Positions 36,746 to 48,035 of a stretch of DNA of 64,000 bases are shown here, piece by piece. Position 1 is the first letter of the stretch. Each line of letters begins with the position of its first letter. The DNA is from a bacterium (GTDB taxonomy: Bacteria; Zixibacteria; MSB-5A5; GN15; FEB-12), in assembly GCA_043811375.1 (NCBI GenBank), contig JBDRNJ010000009.1, positions 1 through 64,000 on the forward strand, written 5' to 3'. The notes under the pieces are model-generated. The model worked only from the letters and a program-made list of their open reading frames with translations, did not search any database and had not been told where the DNA came from. Position numbers and translations under genes: made by a program.

Positions 36746-39426
36746 AACTCAACACCAACCTTGTCTGGGTTATCTGCAAACGTGACTGGCGCACGTATTT
36801 CAACAGCCCTACCGGCTACGTATTTGTCACACTGTTTATTTTTCTCAGTGCCGCAGCAGCTTTCTGGCAGGAACGGTTTTTTGCCAACAACCTGGCCAAT
36901 CTCGACCAGCTTAACGGCTTCCTGCCGTACCTGCTTCTGTTTTTCATCCCGGCCCTGACAATGAGCATCTGGGCTGAAGAACGGCGTCGCGGTACCGACG
37001 AGTTGCTCTTGACTCTGCCTGCCACCGACCTGGAAATCGTACTGGGAAAATACCTGGCAGTGCTTGGTATCTACACCGCTTCTTTGGTTCTTTCGGTCAG
37101 TCACGTGCTGGTGCTGTTCTGGCTGGGCAGTCCGGATATCGGATTGATGTTCGCCAATTACCTCGGCTACTGGCTGCTGGGGATGGCTTTGCTGACAGTG
37201 GGTATGCTGGCCTCGTTACTGACGGCCAATTCCACGATCGGATTTATTCTGGGAGCTTTGTTCTGCTCTCTGTTTATCTTTATTGATTCGGCTACGCTGG
37301 TTGTCAGTGGTTCGCTGCAGGCGGTGCTGGCGCCACTCGCTGTTTCTGACCATTTTGCCGACTTCGCCCGTGGTGTGATCAGCTTCTCCGGGTTGCTTTA
37401 CTTTCTCTCGGTAGCAGCGGTAATGCTGTATCTGAACGTTGTCATAATCGGCCGTCGGCACTGGCCGCTTCAGGCCGGCGGTTACCGTTTCTGGGTGCAT
37501 CACGTGGTACGGGCAACAACGCTGGTGGTGGCCTTAATCAGCCTCAATTCGCTCCTGGGCCGACCCGGTCTGCGCCTCGATGTCACGGCTGAGCAACTGC
37601 ACTCGCTGTCGGCTGAGACGGAGCGCATATTGGATGAACTGCCCGACAATCGTCCGGTCTTGATCCAGGCTTTCGTCAGCCCGGAGGTCCCCCGAGGTTA
37701 TGTCGAGACCCGGTCTGATTTGCTGGGCAAATTGCGGGAAATATCAGCGGTCGCCGGCGACAAAGTCCAGGTGCTGATACACGACACCGAGCCGTTTACG
37801 CCGGAAGCCCGCGATGCCCGTGAGAAATTCAGCATCACCCCCCGGCAGATCATGACCACTGAGAGTGCCCGATCCAGTGCCTCCAGCGTCTTCATGGGGG
37901 TCGCTTTTACCAGCGGCGCCGCCGAGGAAGTGGTGCCCTTCTTTGATCGTGGTTTGCCGGTTGAGTACGAATTGGTGCGCAGCATTCGCGTGGCGGCTAA
38001 AACCAGCCGCAAGAAAATCGGCGTACTGGGTACGGCGGCCAAGCTGTTCGGTGGATTTGACTTCAACACCATGGGCTCGACTCCACCCTGGCGCGTGGTG
38101 CAGGAATTGAAAAAACAATATGAGGTAGTGTCGATCACCGCCGGTGACTCCATTACCGGGGAGATGGACGGCCTTCTGGTAGTACTACCTTCATCGCTGT
38201 CCCAGGATGAGATGGACCGCGTGAAGGCATATATGCTGGCCGGTCATCCGACCCTGCTGCTGATCGACCCCCTGCCGGCCTTTAACATCGCCCTCTCCCC
38301 TCTTATTCCTGTCGAGGCTCAGCGCAATCCCTTCATGCAAAACCAGGGTCCGCCACCTCAACCGAAAGGAAACATCAACCGGCTGCTTTCGGATATCGGG
38401 ATGAATTTCAACCCGTCGCAAGTGACCTGGGATAATCATAATCCCCACCCTGACCTGGCCCAACTCCCACCTGAAATCATCTTTGTCGCCGACGGCAACG
38501 AGAGCACTGAGGCTTTTAATGAGATGCATGCCGCCAGCGCCGGTTTGCAGGAACTGGTCATGCTCTATCCGGGATATATATTCAAATCCGTCAACACCGA
38601 CTTTGAATTTCAGCCGCTGCTGCGGACGGGGCGCATCTCAGGATTGTTGCCGTTTCAACAACTGGTGCGCCGCGGATTTATGGGTATGGGTTTCAGCCTT
38701 AACCGCAATGTGCGCCGGGTGCCCTCCGGCGAAACCTATATTGTCGCGGCTCGTGTGTTCGGGACCACCCGTAGCGACACCACTCTGGCGGAGACCCTTC
38801 CTCCCGGGAGCGTCAACGCCGTCGTGATTGCGGACGTCGATTTCATCGGTGAGCAGTTCTTCCAGATTCGGGAACAGGGTATCGAGAATCTTAATTTCGA
38901 CAACATCACTTTCTTCCTGAACTGTATGGATATGCTGGCGGGAGACACGTCCTTTATATCTCTGCGCAAGAAACGGGTCAGGCATCGCACGCTGGAGACA
39001 GTGGAAGCAAAGACTCAGCAGTTTGTGCAGCAGCGCATCGAGGAAGAACAACAGGCCGAAGCCGACGCCCAGCAGGCGCTGACCGAAGCTCAGCAGCGAC
39101 TTAATGAAAAAGTCGATGAGGTACGCAATCGCCCCGATCTGGACGAACAAACCAAGCAGATTATGGCCCGGAACCTGCAGGAAGTTGAGAACCGTCGTTT
39201 TGAAGTTCTCAAGTCAGGTATCGAGGCGAAAAAGGAAGCCACCGTTGCCCACAGCAAAGAAAATATGGAGTCCGCCGTCAGAAGCATCCAGTCCAGGATC
39301 AAGACAATGGCGGTGTTGTTGCCGCCCATTCCGGTCTTTACCATCGGTGTCTGGATCTTCGTGCAACGACGTCAGCGAGAACGGGAGGGTGCTGCTGCCT
39401 CCAGAAGATTGAGGAACTCAAAATGA
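36742..39426 (+). CDS. ABC-2 permease fused to GldG-family auxiliary domain (GldF-GldG-like)
   Basis: 'YFNSPTGYV', '[24 protein letters not shown]', '[13 protein letters not shown]', 'VEYELVRSI', C-terminal coiled coil plus TM. ATGA overlap with the upstream gene. Confidence 0.88.
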   Translation: MKLNTNLVWVICKRDWRTYFNSPTGYVFVTLFIFLSAAAAFWQERFFANNLANLDQLNGFLPYLLLFFIPALTMSIWAEERRRGTDELLLTLPATDLEIVLGKYLAVLGIYTASLVLSVSHVLVLFWLGSPDIGLMFANYLGYWLLGMALLTVGMLASLLTANSTIGFILGALFCSLFIFIDSATLVVSGSLQAVLAPLAVSDHFADFARGVISFSGLLYFLSVAAVMLYLNVVIIGRRHWPLQAGGYRFWVHHVVRATTLVVALISLNSLLGRPGLRLDVTAEQLHSLSAETERILDELPDNRPVLIQAFVSPEVPRGYVETRSDLLGKLREISAVAGDKVQVLIHDTEPFTPEARDAREKFSITPRQIMTTESARSSASSVFMGVAFTSGAAEEVVPFFDRGLPVEYELVRSIRVAAKTSRKKIGVLGTAAKLFGGFDFNTMGSTPPWRVVQELKKQYEVVSITAGDSITGEMDGLLVVLPSSLSQDEMDRVKAYMLAGHPTLLLIDPLPAFNIALSPLIPVEAQRNPFMQNQGPPPQPKGNINRLLSDIGMNFNPSQVTWDNHNPHPDLAQLPPEIIFVADGNESTEAFNEMHAASAGLQELVMLYPGYIFKSVNTDFEFQPLLRTGRISGLLPFQQLVRRGFMGMGFSLNRNVRRVPSGETYIVAARVFGTTRSDTTLAETLPPGSVNAVVIADVDFIGEQFFQIREQGIENLNFDNITFFLNCMDMLAGDTSFISLRKKRVRHRTLETVEAKTQQFVQQRIEEEQQAEADAQQALTEAQQRLNEKVDEVRNRPDLDEQTKQIMARNLQEVENRRFEVLKSGIEAKKEATVAHSKENMESAVRSIQSRIKTMAVLLPPIPVFTIGVWIFVQRRQREREGAAASRRLRNSK

Positions 39427-40799
39427 ACGAAACCAGGAGAACGCTCGCTTTTGCAGGTACTGCGGTAGTCCTGGCGGCACTAGCACTGATTTTCGCCCCT
39501 CACCGGATTACACCGGGCACCTTCCTTGATCAGGGAGAACCGTTTTTCCCCGACTTCACCGATCCTAACGAAGCGGTGACGCTGGAAGTGATCGACTTCG
39601 ATGAAGCCACCGGAGCGGCGCGGCCGTTCAAAGTTACTTTCAAGGACGGTCGCTGGACTATCCCGTCCCATCACGATTATCCGGCCGACGGCAAGGATCG
39701 ACTGGCCCGGACAGCAGCCGGTGTGATCGACATTTGCAAAGACGATTTCCGCACGGACAACATCTCCGATCACGAGATGTGCGGAGTGATTGATCCCCTT
39801 GATGAAACCGCGGCGCTGTCCGGTCGCGGACAACGGGTGACTATAAAAGGAACCAACGATGCCGTTCTGGCCGATTTCATTATTGGTCACCAGGTACCGG
39901 AGCGCGCCGGATTCAGATTCGTGCGAGTGCCGCAGCAGAATCGGGTCTATGTGGCTCGGTTGGAAGTGGACATTTCCACGGAATTCAGCGACTGGATCGA
40001 AGCCGACCTGCTGCAGGTGGACAAGAACAAGATTGATCGCGTGAACCTGCAGGATTACTCCATAAACGAGCGTACTCAGTCTGTCGACCAGCGTGACAAT
40101 CTGATGCTCACCCGTCAGGACGGAACCTGGAAAGCCGACAGGATGAAATCGACTCAGCAAGTTGATTCGACCAGGATGCAGGATTTGCTGACAGCACTGG
40201 ATGAGTTGAATATTGTCGGCGTTCGTCCCAAACCGACCGGGTTATCGGCCGGGCTGAAAGAAAACCCGGGTGAGCAGAAGGTTTCTCAGGACGAAGTCAG
40301 GTCGCTTCAGAGCAAGGGATTCTACTTCTCTCGCGACGGCCGGCTTCTTTCCAACGAGGGTGAGACCCAGGCTCAGACAACCGATGGAGCCAACTACACA
40401 CTCCGCTTCGGCGAAGTGGTTTACGGATCGGGCCTGGCGGTCACCGCCGGAGGCAATGCGGATACGGATCAACAGGAAAGTTCCGCCGCCCAGAATCGCT
40501 ACATGTTTATCACCACCGACTTCGATGCCGCGACTTTTCCGGAACCGAAAAAACCCACTGACACCGAATATCTCAAGAAAGCCGACAGCATCTGGACCGA
40601 TGAAGATCGCAACAACAAGAGCCTGCAGAACGCACATGGACTCTGGCAGCGTAACGTCGAGAAAGGCCGCCGGCTCAGCAGTGAGCTGAACGCTCGCTTT
40701 GCCGACTGGTACTACGTCATATCTGCCGAAAGTTTTGAGCAACTGCGGCTCACGCGCCAGGACCTGGTCGTAAAAAAGGAAGTGGCCAGCGACAATTGA
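39423..40799 (+). CDS. DUF4340-like membrane-anchored protein
   Basis: N-terminal anchor, '[17 protein letters not shown]'. Usual third gene of GldA/F/G-like operons. ATGA overlap. Confidence 0.75.
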   Translation: MNETRRTLAFAGTAVVLAALALIFAPHRITPGTFLDQGEPFFPDFTDPNEAVTLEVIDFDEATGAARPFKVTFKDGRWTIPSHHDYPADGKDRLARTAAGVIDICKDDFRTDNISDHEMCGVIDPLDETAALSGRGQRVTIKGTNDAVLADFIIGHQVPERAGFRFVRVPQQNRVYVARLEVDISTEFSDWIEADLLQVDKNKIDRVNLQDYSINERTQSVDQRDNLMLTRQDGTWKADRMKSTQQVDSTRMQDLLTALDELNIVGVRPKPTGLSAGLKENPGEQKVSQDEVRSLQSKGFYFSRDGRLLSNEGETQAQTTDGANYTLRFGEVVYGSGLAVTAGGNADTDQQESSAAQNRYMFITTDFDAATFPEPKKPTDTEYLKKADSIWTDEDRNNKSLQNAHGLWQRNVEKGRRLSSELNARFADWYYVISAESFEQLRLTRQDLVVKKEVASDN

Positions 40800-40895
40800 G
40801 ACCGGACCGGCCGGCGCCTTTCGATTGACAGATCAGCCATATCGGGTATATTGAACTATATACTCTGAGATATCTTATGGCAGGATAACTGAACG

Positions 40896-41714
40896 ATGAT
40901 CCACTGGGTATTAACGATCTTGGTAACTACCGGTCTGGTAACGTCAAGCGTAGCTGCCGACCGGGACCAGACGGACCCCTCGTGTGACACCACCGGCTAT
41001 TACCAGGCGGCACTGACGACCTGGTCGGTTCCCGATATCTATGGCGCACGAGCGATGGCACAGAAGGTTGATCTGCCTCTGTCAACAGCCGGAGTGCGGA
41101 TTCTCGACATATCCTGGTATTTGTACCACAATGGTGATTCATTGATCTACACCACTAACTCGAAAGTGACTATCTACACCGACAATGACGGTGTGCCGGG
41201 AGATGAAGTAGCTTCGGTGGTCGTGAGTCCGACGGACTATGTTTTCTATCCGCAGCCGATAGTGGTCCGCTTCGACACGATGGATGTAACGATTTTTTAT
41301 AGCGACTTCTGGGTGGCAATCGAACCCGATTCTACAGCTACACCGGCGACGGGTATCCGTGTTATCACCGATCAAGGTGGCTGTGGTTATGACCGCTGCG
41401 GCGGTCAATGGCGTAACGACGGCTGGGAAATCATCTGCGATATCTGGGGTGGGCCGTGCGATCTGGCCTTTGTGGTAGATATTGGGCACTGCTGGATGGT
41501 TGGTGGGTACTGGTGCGGTGATATCGACACCAACTGGCAACCCACCGACGTTGGCGACCTGACCTACCTGGTGGCCTACCTGTTCCAGGGCGGACCGCCG
41601 CCGGTTCGGCTGGAGGTAGCCGATGTTGACGGTATCGGCGGGATTGATGTCGGCGACCTGACCTACCTGGTGGCCTACCTGTTTCAGGGTGGTCCCTCGC
41701 CCCAATGCTGGTAG
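40896..41714 (+). CDS. Secreted protein with C-terminal dockerin-like domain
   Basis: Signal peptide. 'DVGDLTYLVAYLFQGGP' occurs twice with near-identical DNA. TTGACA-N16-TATATT upstream (40825-40852). Confidence 0.8.
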   Translation: MIHWVLTILVTTGLVTSSVAADRDQTDPSCDTTGYYQAALTTWSVPDIYGARAMAQKVDLPLSTAGVRILDISWYLYHNGDSLIYTTNSKVTIYTDNDGVPGDEVASVVVSPTDYVFYPQPIVVRFDTMDVTIFYSDFWVAIEPDSTATPATGIRVITDQGGCGYDRCGGQWRNDGWEIICDIWGGPCDLAFVVDIGHCWMVGGYWCGDIDTNWQPTDVGDLTYLVAYLFQGGPPPVRLEVADVDGIGGIDVGDLTYLVAYLFQGGPSPQCW

Positions 41715-41833
41715 CGCGCTACCTTCCCCGAGTATCGAAATCGGAGTTTCGGAAAGGGTCCGGTCAATCACGGGTTCTTGATTTTCACTTCGATTTGACG
41801 TATCTTGCTTTTTCAGTGGATTGTCGGTGACCT

Positions 41834-42373
41834 ATGGAGAAACTCTTTCGACAACTTATAGAAGAACTGGGCGAAGACATACACCGCCAGGGCCTTCAGG
41901 AAACACCCCAGCGGGCTGCTGAGGCGCTGCGCTTTCTGACCCAGGGATACCGGCAGGACCTTGACGCCATCGTCAAAGACGGCCTGTTCGATACCGACAC
42001 CACCGAGATGATCGTCGTCAAGGATATTGAATTGTACTCCCTCTGCGAGCATCACCTGCTCCCCTTCTTCGGTAAATGCCAGGTGGGGTATCTTCCGGAT
42101 GGGAAAGTCATGGGTCTGTCGAAAGTGGCCCGTATCGTGGATGTCTTCGCGCGGCGGCTACAAATCCAGGAGCGACTGACAAGGCAGGTAGCCGACACGA
42201 TTGTCAAGTATACGGGAGCTGCCGGCGTAGGTGTCATTATCGAAGCACAGCATCTGTGTATGACCATGCGGGGTGTCAGGAAGCAGAACTCGCTGATGAC
42301 GACCTCCTGTATGCTGGGACAGTTTCACGGCGACCCGGCCGCCCGTTCGGAGTTTCTGAGCCTGGTTAAGTAG
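41834..42373 (+). CDS. folE: GTP cyclohydrolase I
   Basis: '[10 protein letters not shown]', '[12 protein letters not shown]', '[23 protein letters not shown]', 'HLCMTMRGV'. Confidence 0.96.
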   Translation: MEKLFRQLIEELGEDIHRQGLQETPQRAAEALRFLTQGYRQDLDAIVKDGLFDTDTTEMIVVKDIELYSLCEHHLLPFFGKCQVGYLPDGKVMGLSKVARIVDVFARRLQIQERLTRQVADTIVKYTGAAGVGVIIEAQHLCMTMRGVRKQNSLMTTSCMLGQFHGDPAARSEFLSLVK

Positions 42374-42619
42374 ACCACTGCTGTTTTAGAGACTGTTTAT
42401 GGAATTGACAAATCCCGGTTATTTTGTATTTTGTATTTAACAGCAAACGTACTCATCACGTCTATATGCCGAATTTGCAGCCACAGAGAGATCGCCACGA
42501 CGCCGGGAACGAAACGTCGCGGGTAGCAATAAAATCAGCCGGGACACGCTGAAGAAGAGGGTGACGACGAGTACATGAAAAGCTGTATGGTTCAAACTCA
42601 CTCAGGTTGGGAGGTTACC

Positions 42620-45600
42620 ATGAAGCGTGTTGGCATCGCTTTGTTGACCCTGGCTGTCATTCTGGTCGTGACAGCCGATAATGCCCGGTCCCGCGGAAAG
42701 ACGGACCGGCCGTATGACCAGGTCTTTGAGAGAATCTTCCCCTCGCTAAGCACCGGCGTTGATACAATCATTGACCCGATTGTCAACTGGCCGACGTTTC
42801 ACGGAGTTCAGCAGACCGGAGAGATTGACGCCTTTTTCAATTGCTACGGTCAGTTCGGGCTCGGTTTTGATCCATCGCCACAACAAGACGTTCCCGGCTG
42901 GCCAGTAGCCAGCTTCGAATCGCCACCGGGGACCGGAATCGAATACCTCTTTGGCGGAGCTATCTGGGTGGGCGGTATAGTTGGTCCGGATACGCTGGTC
43001 TCGGTCGGCGCCGATGGCTGGTCCATGGCGATGGAAATGTTCCCGCCCGAAGTTCCCCAGCGAGGCTCAGTGACGAAGTTTGATTACGTCGCTGACTATT
43101 CGATGCGAGCGGAGTTCTATGACACGACAACGCAATGGATTTCTCCGGACTACTTCGGCCAACCGCACATCCCCCTCAATATTCGGATGGTCAACCGCAG
43201 CCATGCCTGGCGTTCCACCACTGAGAGCTGGACCGTCTTGTACGACCTGGTGATTACTAACATCGGCAGTCAGCCGATCAACGAGGGGTATGTCGGCTTA
43301 TACTTCGATGCCGACGTTCTTTCAATTAGCAACCCTGGAGGTTTCACCGATGATATCACCGGCTCCATCCGCAACCTGGGAATTGGCTACATCATCGACA
43401 ATGACGGCGATCTGACTAACTCACCACCGTCCAAGCCATGTCCCAGGATCTTTGCCTTCGGGCTTCAACAGATGTCCTTCCTGTCTACGGACACGAGCTT
43501 TAACTGGTGGGTCAGTAACGGCAACTCTGCTCTGGATTTCGGTCCCCGGGAGCGGCCATATATGGGTGACTGGAAAGAACCGTTCCGCGATTATCAAACG
43601 GGGGGTATCGGTACACCGGAAGGTGACAAAAACAAATACTACATCATGAAGTGCCGCGAGTGGGATTATGACCAAATCTATACGGCCGTGATTGATTCCA
43701 CCGACACCCTCTGGATGTACCCCAACCAGGATCTGGCACCCACCCTGGCCGATGGCATCGATGCCCGTTTCCTGATGTCGGTCGGTCCCTTCGATCTGCT
43801 TCCCGATTCGAGTGTACGCGTTCTGTACGCAACCTTCACAGGGGATTCCGTTCACACCGACCCCACTAATCTGGGTAATCTCCCCTCGGATCCGGACTCG
43901 TATCTGGCCAATCTGGATTTTTTACATCTGCTGGAGAACGCTGCCATCTCAGACAGTCTGAACGGAACACTGCTTGATCCTTTGCTACCGGTAACCGGTC
44001 TGCAGATTGAGTACAAGGATAATGATTCGGTTGTCGTACGCTGGGACCCCTGGGTCTTCGCGGACGTGGAGGGATACGAGATCTATCTATACGAGGTGTC
44101 TCCGGATTCATTCCCCTACCCCGGAGTTGTACCACCGTGGCTGGAGCCGGATGTACTGAATCCGGTGGCCAGCTTGGGACGAAGCCACCAGTACACATTC
44201 GACACTCTCAGTTCGGGCATGTTTTATCTGGTTAATGTCGCCCACCGCACCACCACCAGGGCAGTCGGTGATCCGGGAGAATCATTGCCAACGTGGTTGG
44301 GTGATCGTTCGGAAGCTCCGGTGGTTGACAAGGAGTTCGTTTTCATGTATGGGAGCGACCCGGCGATACTGCAGTGGGCGGTCCCTGCCAAAACGCTGGT
44401 CGATCACTACAACATCTATCGCTTCCCAAGTGACTCCGCCGCCGCAGTCAAGTTCCATGCCTTCTACGATGAGGGATTCCATGCTCAGACGATGCCACCC
44501 AAAGATACCTTCCTGGTTGATGGCCGGCATTACTACTACTACGCTATGGATGTGTACACCCAGGTTCCTAGCAGTGTCACCAGTTTCACCGACTTCAGCG
44601 CCGGCGATGAGATGGTGTACGTTATTACAGCGGTGGACAATGACGGTTTCGAATCCCACTTCTCGGTCGACATCACTGCCCTGCAGATCGAGCCACGGAC
44701 AAAAGACATCCTAGTAGTCACCAACAGCAAGGCAAGCGGTATCCAGTTCACGGTCCAGGATAGCGTGCATGCTTTTTACGACAGCATCCTCTACGGGTAT
44801 GATTACGATATCTACAGCTACGATGACTCCACACCACCGGCCGACTGGCATGATTTCATGCCCTATCGGTTACTTGTTGTCGACGACCGAATAAACGCCC
44901 TGGATTTCGCTTATTACGAGTACGAGGGGAAAACCGGAGGCCTCACCAAGTACTTGCTCTCCGGAGGTGAACTGGCTTATTTTGGTTCACTCCGCCAGTT
45001 TCAGGGTTTCAATCTGGGTGGTGATACGGCTTATTACAATGTTACTTCCCCATTTGTGACCCGCTTTTTCGGAATAGATACTATCTTCTATGTCGGACCG
45101 AGCTTCTTCCACTTCAACGGGCTGCCGATGGTAGACACTTTTTTTGCGTTCTCACGGGCCGAGGCGACCGCATCCATGCCGGATGTCAGCTACGACACCA
45201 GTCGTTATACTTTCACTTCCACTGCTGCCTCGCTGTGGCCGCCGGGTACACCGCTGTCGGTGTCGACCTTCGGTGTAAACGCCGAGGGCGAAACCACTCA
45301 CCTGTACCGCGCCCTGCCGGGAGTAAACTCGATGAACGAAGGTGAACCGGTGGGTGTGAGGACACTTGTCGAAGGGATTGAAACCTACCTGTTTGGTTTC
45401 CATCTCTGGTATATGACTTACGATGAGGGCCGGGCACTGATCGAGGCACTCATGATGCCGCCGCCGAAGGTTATAATAGAACCGGACACGGTGTATGCCC
45501 ACCAGATAAACATTATCGATTCACTGACAGCTGACATATACATCGGTGAGTTCAGTGACGGGCATCTTCCCGGCCAGGTTATCCCGGCCAGTGTGCGTGT

Positions 45601-46018
45601 CAACGAAGCGGTCGTACCAATATCGACGACGGTACTGCCTTCATATCCCGACTTCACCGGCGAAGTACTGCAAATAGAGTTCTCCCAGAAAGAATTCCTC
45701 CAGGGATATATACCCTTTATGGACACCTCACTGCGCTCTTTTGCAGTGACGGGAGAGTTCTCCGATGGCGACCCGCTGGAAGCCTACGGCAAGGTAACAC
45801 TGATCGGTCATACATCCGGCGACCTTAACGGCGACGGCTCAGTCGATGTCAGCGATCTCGCCTATCTGATAGGCTATCTGTTCGGTGATGGACCACCGCC
45901 AGTTGTCGATGGTGCCGCTGATGTTGATGATACCTGTGATGTGAATGTCGGTGATGTCACTTACCTGGTTGCCTACCTGTTTGCGGGCGGACCTCAACCG
46001 GTCTCTTGTTTCTGGTAA
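42620..46018 (+). CDS. Secreted paralog 5: family N-terminal domain + FN3-like repeats + C-terminal dockerin-like domain
   Basis: GGAGG before ATG 42620. Shares 'DTLVSVGADGW', 'SFNWWVSNGNSALDFGPRERP', 'GTPEGDKNKYY', 'LWMYPNQDLA' with paralogs 1-3. Ends 'GDLNGDGSVDVSDLAYLIGYLFGDGPPP...GDVTYLVAYLFAGGPQP'. Confidence 0.82.
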   Translation: MKRVGIALLTLAVILVVTADNARSRGKTDRPYDQVFERIFPSLSTGVDTIIDPIVNWPTFHGVQQTGEIDAFFNCYGQFGLGFDPSPQQDVPGWPVASFESPPGTGIEYLFGGAIWVGGIVGPDTLVSVGADGWSMAMEMFPPEVPQRGSVTKFDYVADYSMRAEFYDTTTQWISPDYFGQPHIPLNIRMVNRSHAWRSTTESWTVLYDLVITNIGSQPINEGYVGLYFDADVLSISNPGGFTDDITGSIRNLGIGYIIDNDGDLTNSPPSKPCPRIFAFGLQQMSFLSTDTSFNWWVSNGNSALDFGPRERPYMGDWKEPFRDYQTGGIGTPEGDKNKYYIMKCREWDYDQIYTAVIDSTDTLWMYPNQDLAPTLADGIDARFLMSVGPFDLLPDSSVRVLYATFTGDSVHTDPTNLGNLPSDPDSYLANLDFLHLLENAAISDSLNGTLLDPLLPVTGLQIEYKDNDSVVVRWDPWVFADVEGYEIYLYEVSPDSFPYPGVVPPWLEPDVLNPVASLGRSHQYTFDTLSSGMFYLVNVAHRTTTRAVGDPGESLPTWLGDRSEAPVVDKEFVFMYGSDPAILQWAVPAKTLVDHYNIYRFPSDSAAAVKFHAFYDEGFHAQTMPPKDTFLVDGRHYYYYAMDVYTQVPSSVTSFTDFSAGDEMVYVITAVDNDGFESHFSVDITALQIEPRTKDILVVTNSKASGIQFTVQDSVHAFYDSILYGYDYDIYSYDDSTPPADWHDFMPYRLLVVDDRINALDFAYYEYEGKTGGLTKYLLSGGELAYFGSLRQFQGFNLGGDTAYYNVTSPFVTRFFGIDTIFYVGPSFFHFNGLPMVDTFFAFSRAEATASMPDVSYDTSRYTFTSTAASLWPPGTPLSVSTFGVNAEGETTHLYRALPGVNSMNEGEPVGVRTLVEGIETYLFGFHLWYMTYDEGRALIEALMMPPPKVIIEPDTVYAHQINIIDSLTADIYIGEFSDGHLPGQVIPASVRVNEAVVPISTTVLPSYPDFTGEVLQIEFSQKEFLQGYIPFMDTSLRSFAVTGEFSDGDPLEAYGKVTLIGHTSGDLNGDGSVDVSDLAYLIGYLFGDGPPPVVDGAADVDDTCDVNVGDVTYLVAYLFAGGPQPVSCFW

Positions 46019-46058
46019 CGAATCGGCAGATCAGTATATTGTTCGAGTCAAAGACACT

Positions 46059-46088
46059 GAGCCGCCCCGGTATCCATCGGGGCGGCTC
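46059..46088. terminator. GC-rich hairpin after paralog 5
   Basis: GAGCCGCCCCG / CGGGGCGGCTC 11-bp stem, with no clear U-tract. Confidence 0.4.
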
Positions 46089-46143
46089 GGTTGGCATTCA
46101 GACACGCCTTTACAACCGCACCGCGACTCATTAACTTCTCGAT

Positions 46144-48015
46144 ATGAGCTACCGGCAAATGTCAACCCTGATAAACCGACACCGTAACTGGCTGATACCC
46201 TTGATACTGTTGGTGGCGGCTTTCGGTGTTCGGCTGATCTACCTCAATCAGATTCAATCGATACCCACATTCGACTCGCCGGTGATGGACGAGCAGTATC
46301 ACCTGCATCTGGCCCGACAGATCAACTCACCACAGGGTCTGGAAGGTGAACCGTATTACCGGGCGCCCCTGTATCCTTATTTTTTTGCTGCCCTGTACAA
46401 AATCTTCAAGGGGTCTCTCTACCATCCACGCTTAGTACAGATTATTCTGGGCTCGTTCCTGCCGCTGCTGGTCCTTCTGCTGGGACTAAAGCTGTTCGAC
46501 CGTCGAGTGGCCTGGTGGTCGTCGGTGGTAGCGGTGTTTTATCCGACATTCATATACTATGACGCCAGCCTCCTGATTACATCGGTAATGGTGCTGCTGA
46601 CGACACTGCTGGCCTGGCAGTTACTTCGCTGCCAACAGACATTCCGGTGGACTGATTTTGTCGTCGCCGGTCTGCTTTTGGGCCTGGCCGGGCTGGCCCG
46701 ACCCAACATCCTGCTGCTGGGTCCGGTGTTGTTGTTGTGGCTGTGGCTGGTTATCAAGCCGGTCATTGGAACCAGAAAAGCGCTACTCAGATACCTGGTA
46801 GTGGGGCTGGTTTCGATGGTTGTAATCCTGCCGGTGACAGTGCGCAACTACACTACTTCGGGCGAATTCGTGTTTATCGCCTGGCAGGGTGGATTCAATT
46901 TCTTCCTGGGCAACAACCGCCAGGCCACCGGCTGGTCGGCGACGGCACCGGGAATCGAGCAAAGCTGGGAAGGCGGTTATCGTCAGGCAATAGCGATTGC
47001 CGAACATGATGCGGGCCGACCCCTGAAGCGTTCGGAAGTATCCGACTACTGGTATAGCCGGGCGTGGGAGGAGATACGTCAGTCTCCGACCTCCTTTCTG
47101 GCCCTGCAGCTCAGGAAGATGCGTCTGCTGATAAACGGCTACGAAATACCCAACAATCAGGACATCTACCTGGCGCGACAGTTTGCCCCGATCATTCGTC
47201 CACTGATATTCACCGGACCGATCTGTTTTCCGTACGGGATTCTGACACCGCTGGCCATCATCGGCCTGGTCCTGTCGCTCGCCGGTTGGCGGAAGTTCCT
47301 GCCCGTCTACCTGGTCGCAGCATCGTACCTGCTGTCACTGCAACTCTTTTTCGTCTGTGCCCGTTTCCGCCAGCCGGTAATTCCACTGATGATCCTGTTT
47401 GCAGTATATGCCGTAACTCGATTGACAGGTTTCATCAGGAAATACGACGGCAAAAACACCGTCCTTTTTGTAGCCGTGCTGGTTTTACTGGTAGTGGAGA
47501 GCAACCATGACATGCTTGGTCTCAACCCGGCCCGTACGATGGCGGAGAATCATATGCTTCTGGGTAATTCGTTGCTGCAGAAACAAATGAACCAGGAAGC
47601 CGAAGAACAATTCCGGCTGGCTAAGGAAGCAGATCCTGATTATGCGCCGGCCTACAATAACCTCGGCATGTTCGCCGCCAATCGCCGTCAGTACGTTCAG
47701 GCTATCGGCTATTTCCAGAAGGCATTGCAGCTTGAACCGACAGCGGTCGAAACTCATGTCAATCTGGCCACCAGTTACTTCGAGAGCGGCCGTCTGCCCG
47801 AAGCCATCAAAACCCTGGAACGTGCCCGGGAATTACATCCACTCAATGATTTTGTGCATCTCAAGCTGGCGACATTTTATTTCCAGGCCGGGCGAATTGC
47901 CGATGCTCGCCGCGCTACTGAGCGCAGCCTGTATATTAATCCTCAGAACAGTAGTGCCCACCAGGTTTATCAACAGATTCTGCAGGCTCAGGCAGTCGAT
48001 ACTACTTCGCAGTAA
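46144..48015 (+). CDS. GT-C (PMT/ArnT-like) polytopic glycosyltransferase with C-terminal TPR repeats
   Basis: First-loop 'MDEQYH', 'YRAPLYPYF', 'GLAGLARPN', 'RFRQP', many TM helices. TPRs 'AYNNLG', 'HVNLA'. Confidence 0.85.
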   Translation: MSYRQMSTLINRHRNWLIPLILLVAAFGVRLIYLNQIQSIPTFDSPVMDEQYHLHLARQINSPQGLEGEPYYRAPLYPYFFAALYKIFKGSLYHPRLVQIILGSFLPLLVLLLGLKLFDRRVAWWSSVVAVFYPTFIYYDASLLITSVMVLLTTLLAWQLLRCQQTFRWTDFVVAGLLLGLAGLARPNILLLGPVLLLWLWLVIKPVIGTRKALLRYLVVGLVSMVVILPVTVRNYTTSGEFVFIAWQGGFNFFLGNNRQATGWSATAPGIEQSWEGGYRQAIAIAEHDAGRPLKRSEVSDYWYSRAWEEIRQSPTSFLALQLRKMRLLINGYEIPNNQDIYLARQFAPIIRPLIFTGPICFPYGILTPLAIIGLVLSLAGWRKFLPVYLVAASYLLSLQLFFVCARFRQPVIPLMILFAVYAVTRLTGFIRKYDGKNTVLFVAVLVLLVVESNHDMLGLNPARTMAENHMLLGNSLLQKQMNQEAEEQFRLAKEADPDYAPAYNNLGMFAANRRQYVQAIGYFQKALQLEPTAVETHVNLATSYFESGRLPEAIKTLERARELHPLNDFVHLKLATFYFQAGRIADARRATERSLYINPQNSSAHQVYQQILQAQAVDTTSQ

Positions 48016-48035
48016 GAGAATTACACTTCCACCGA

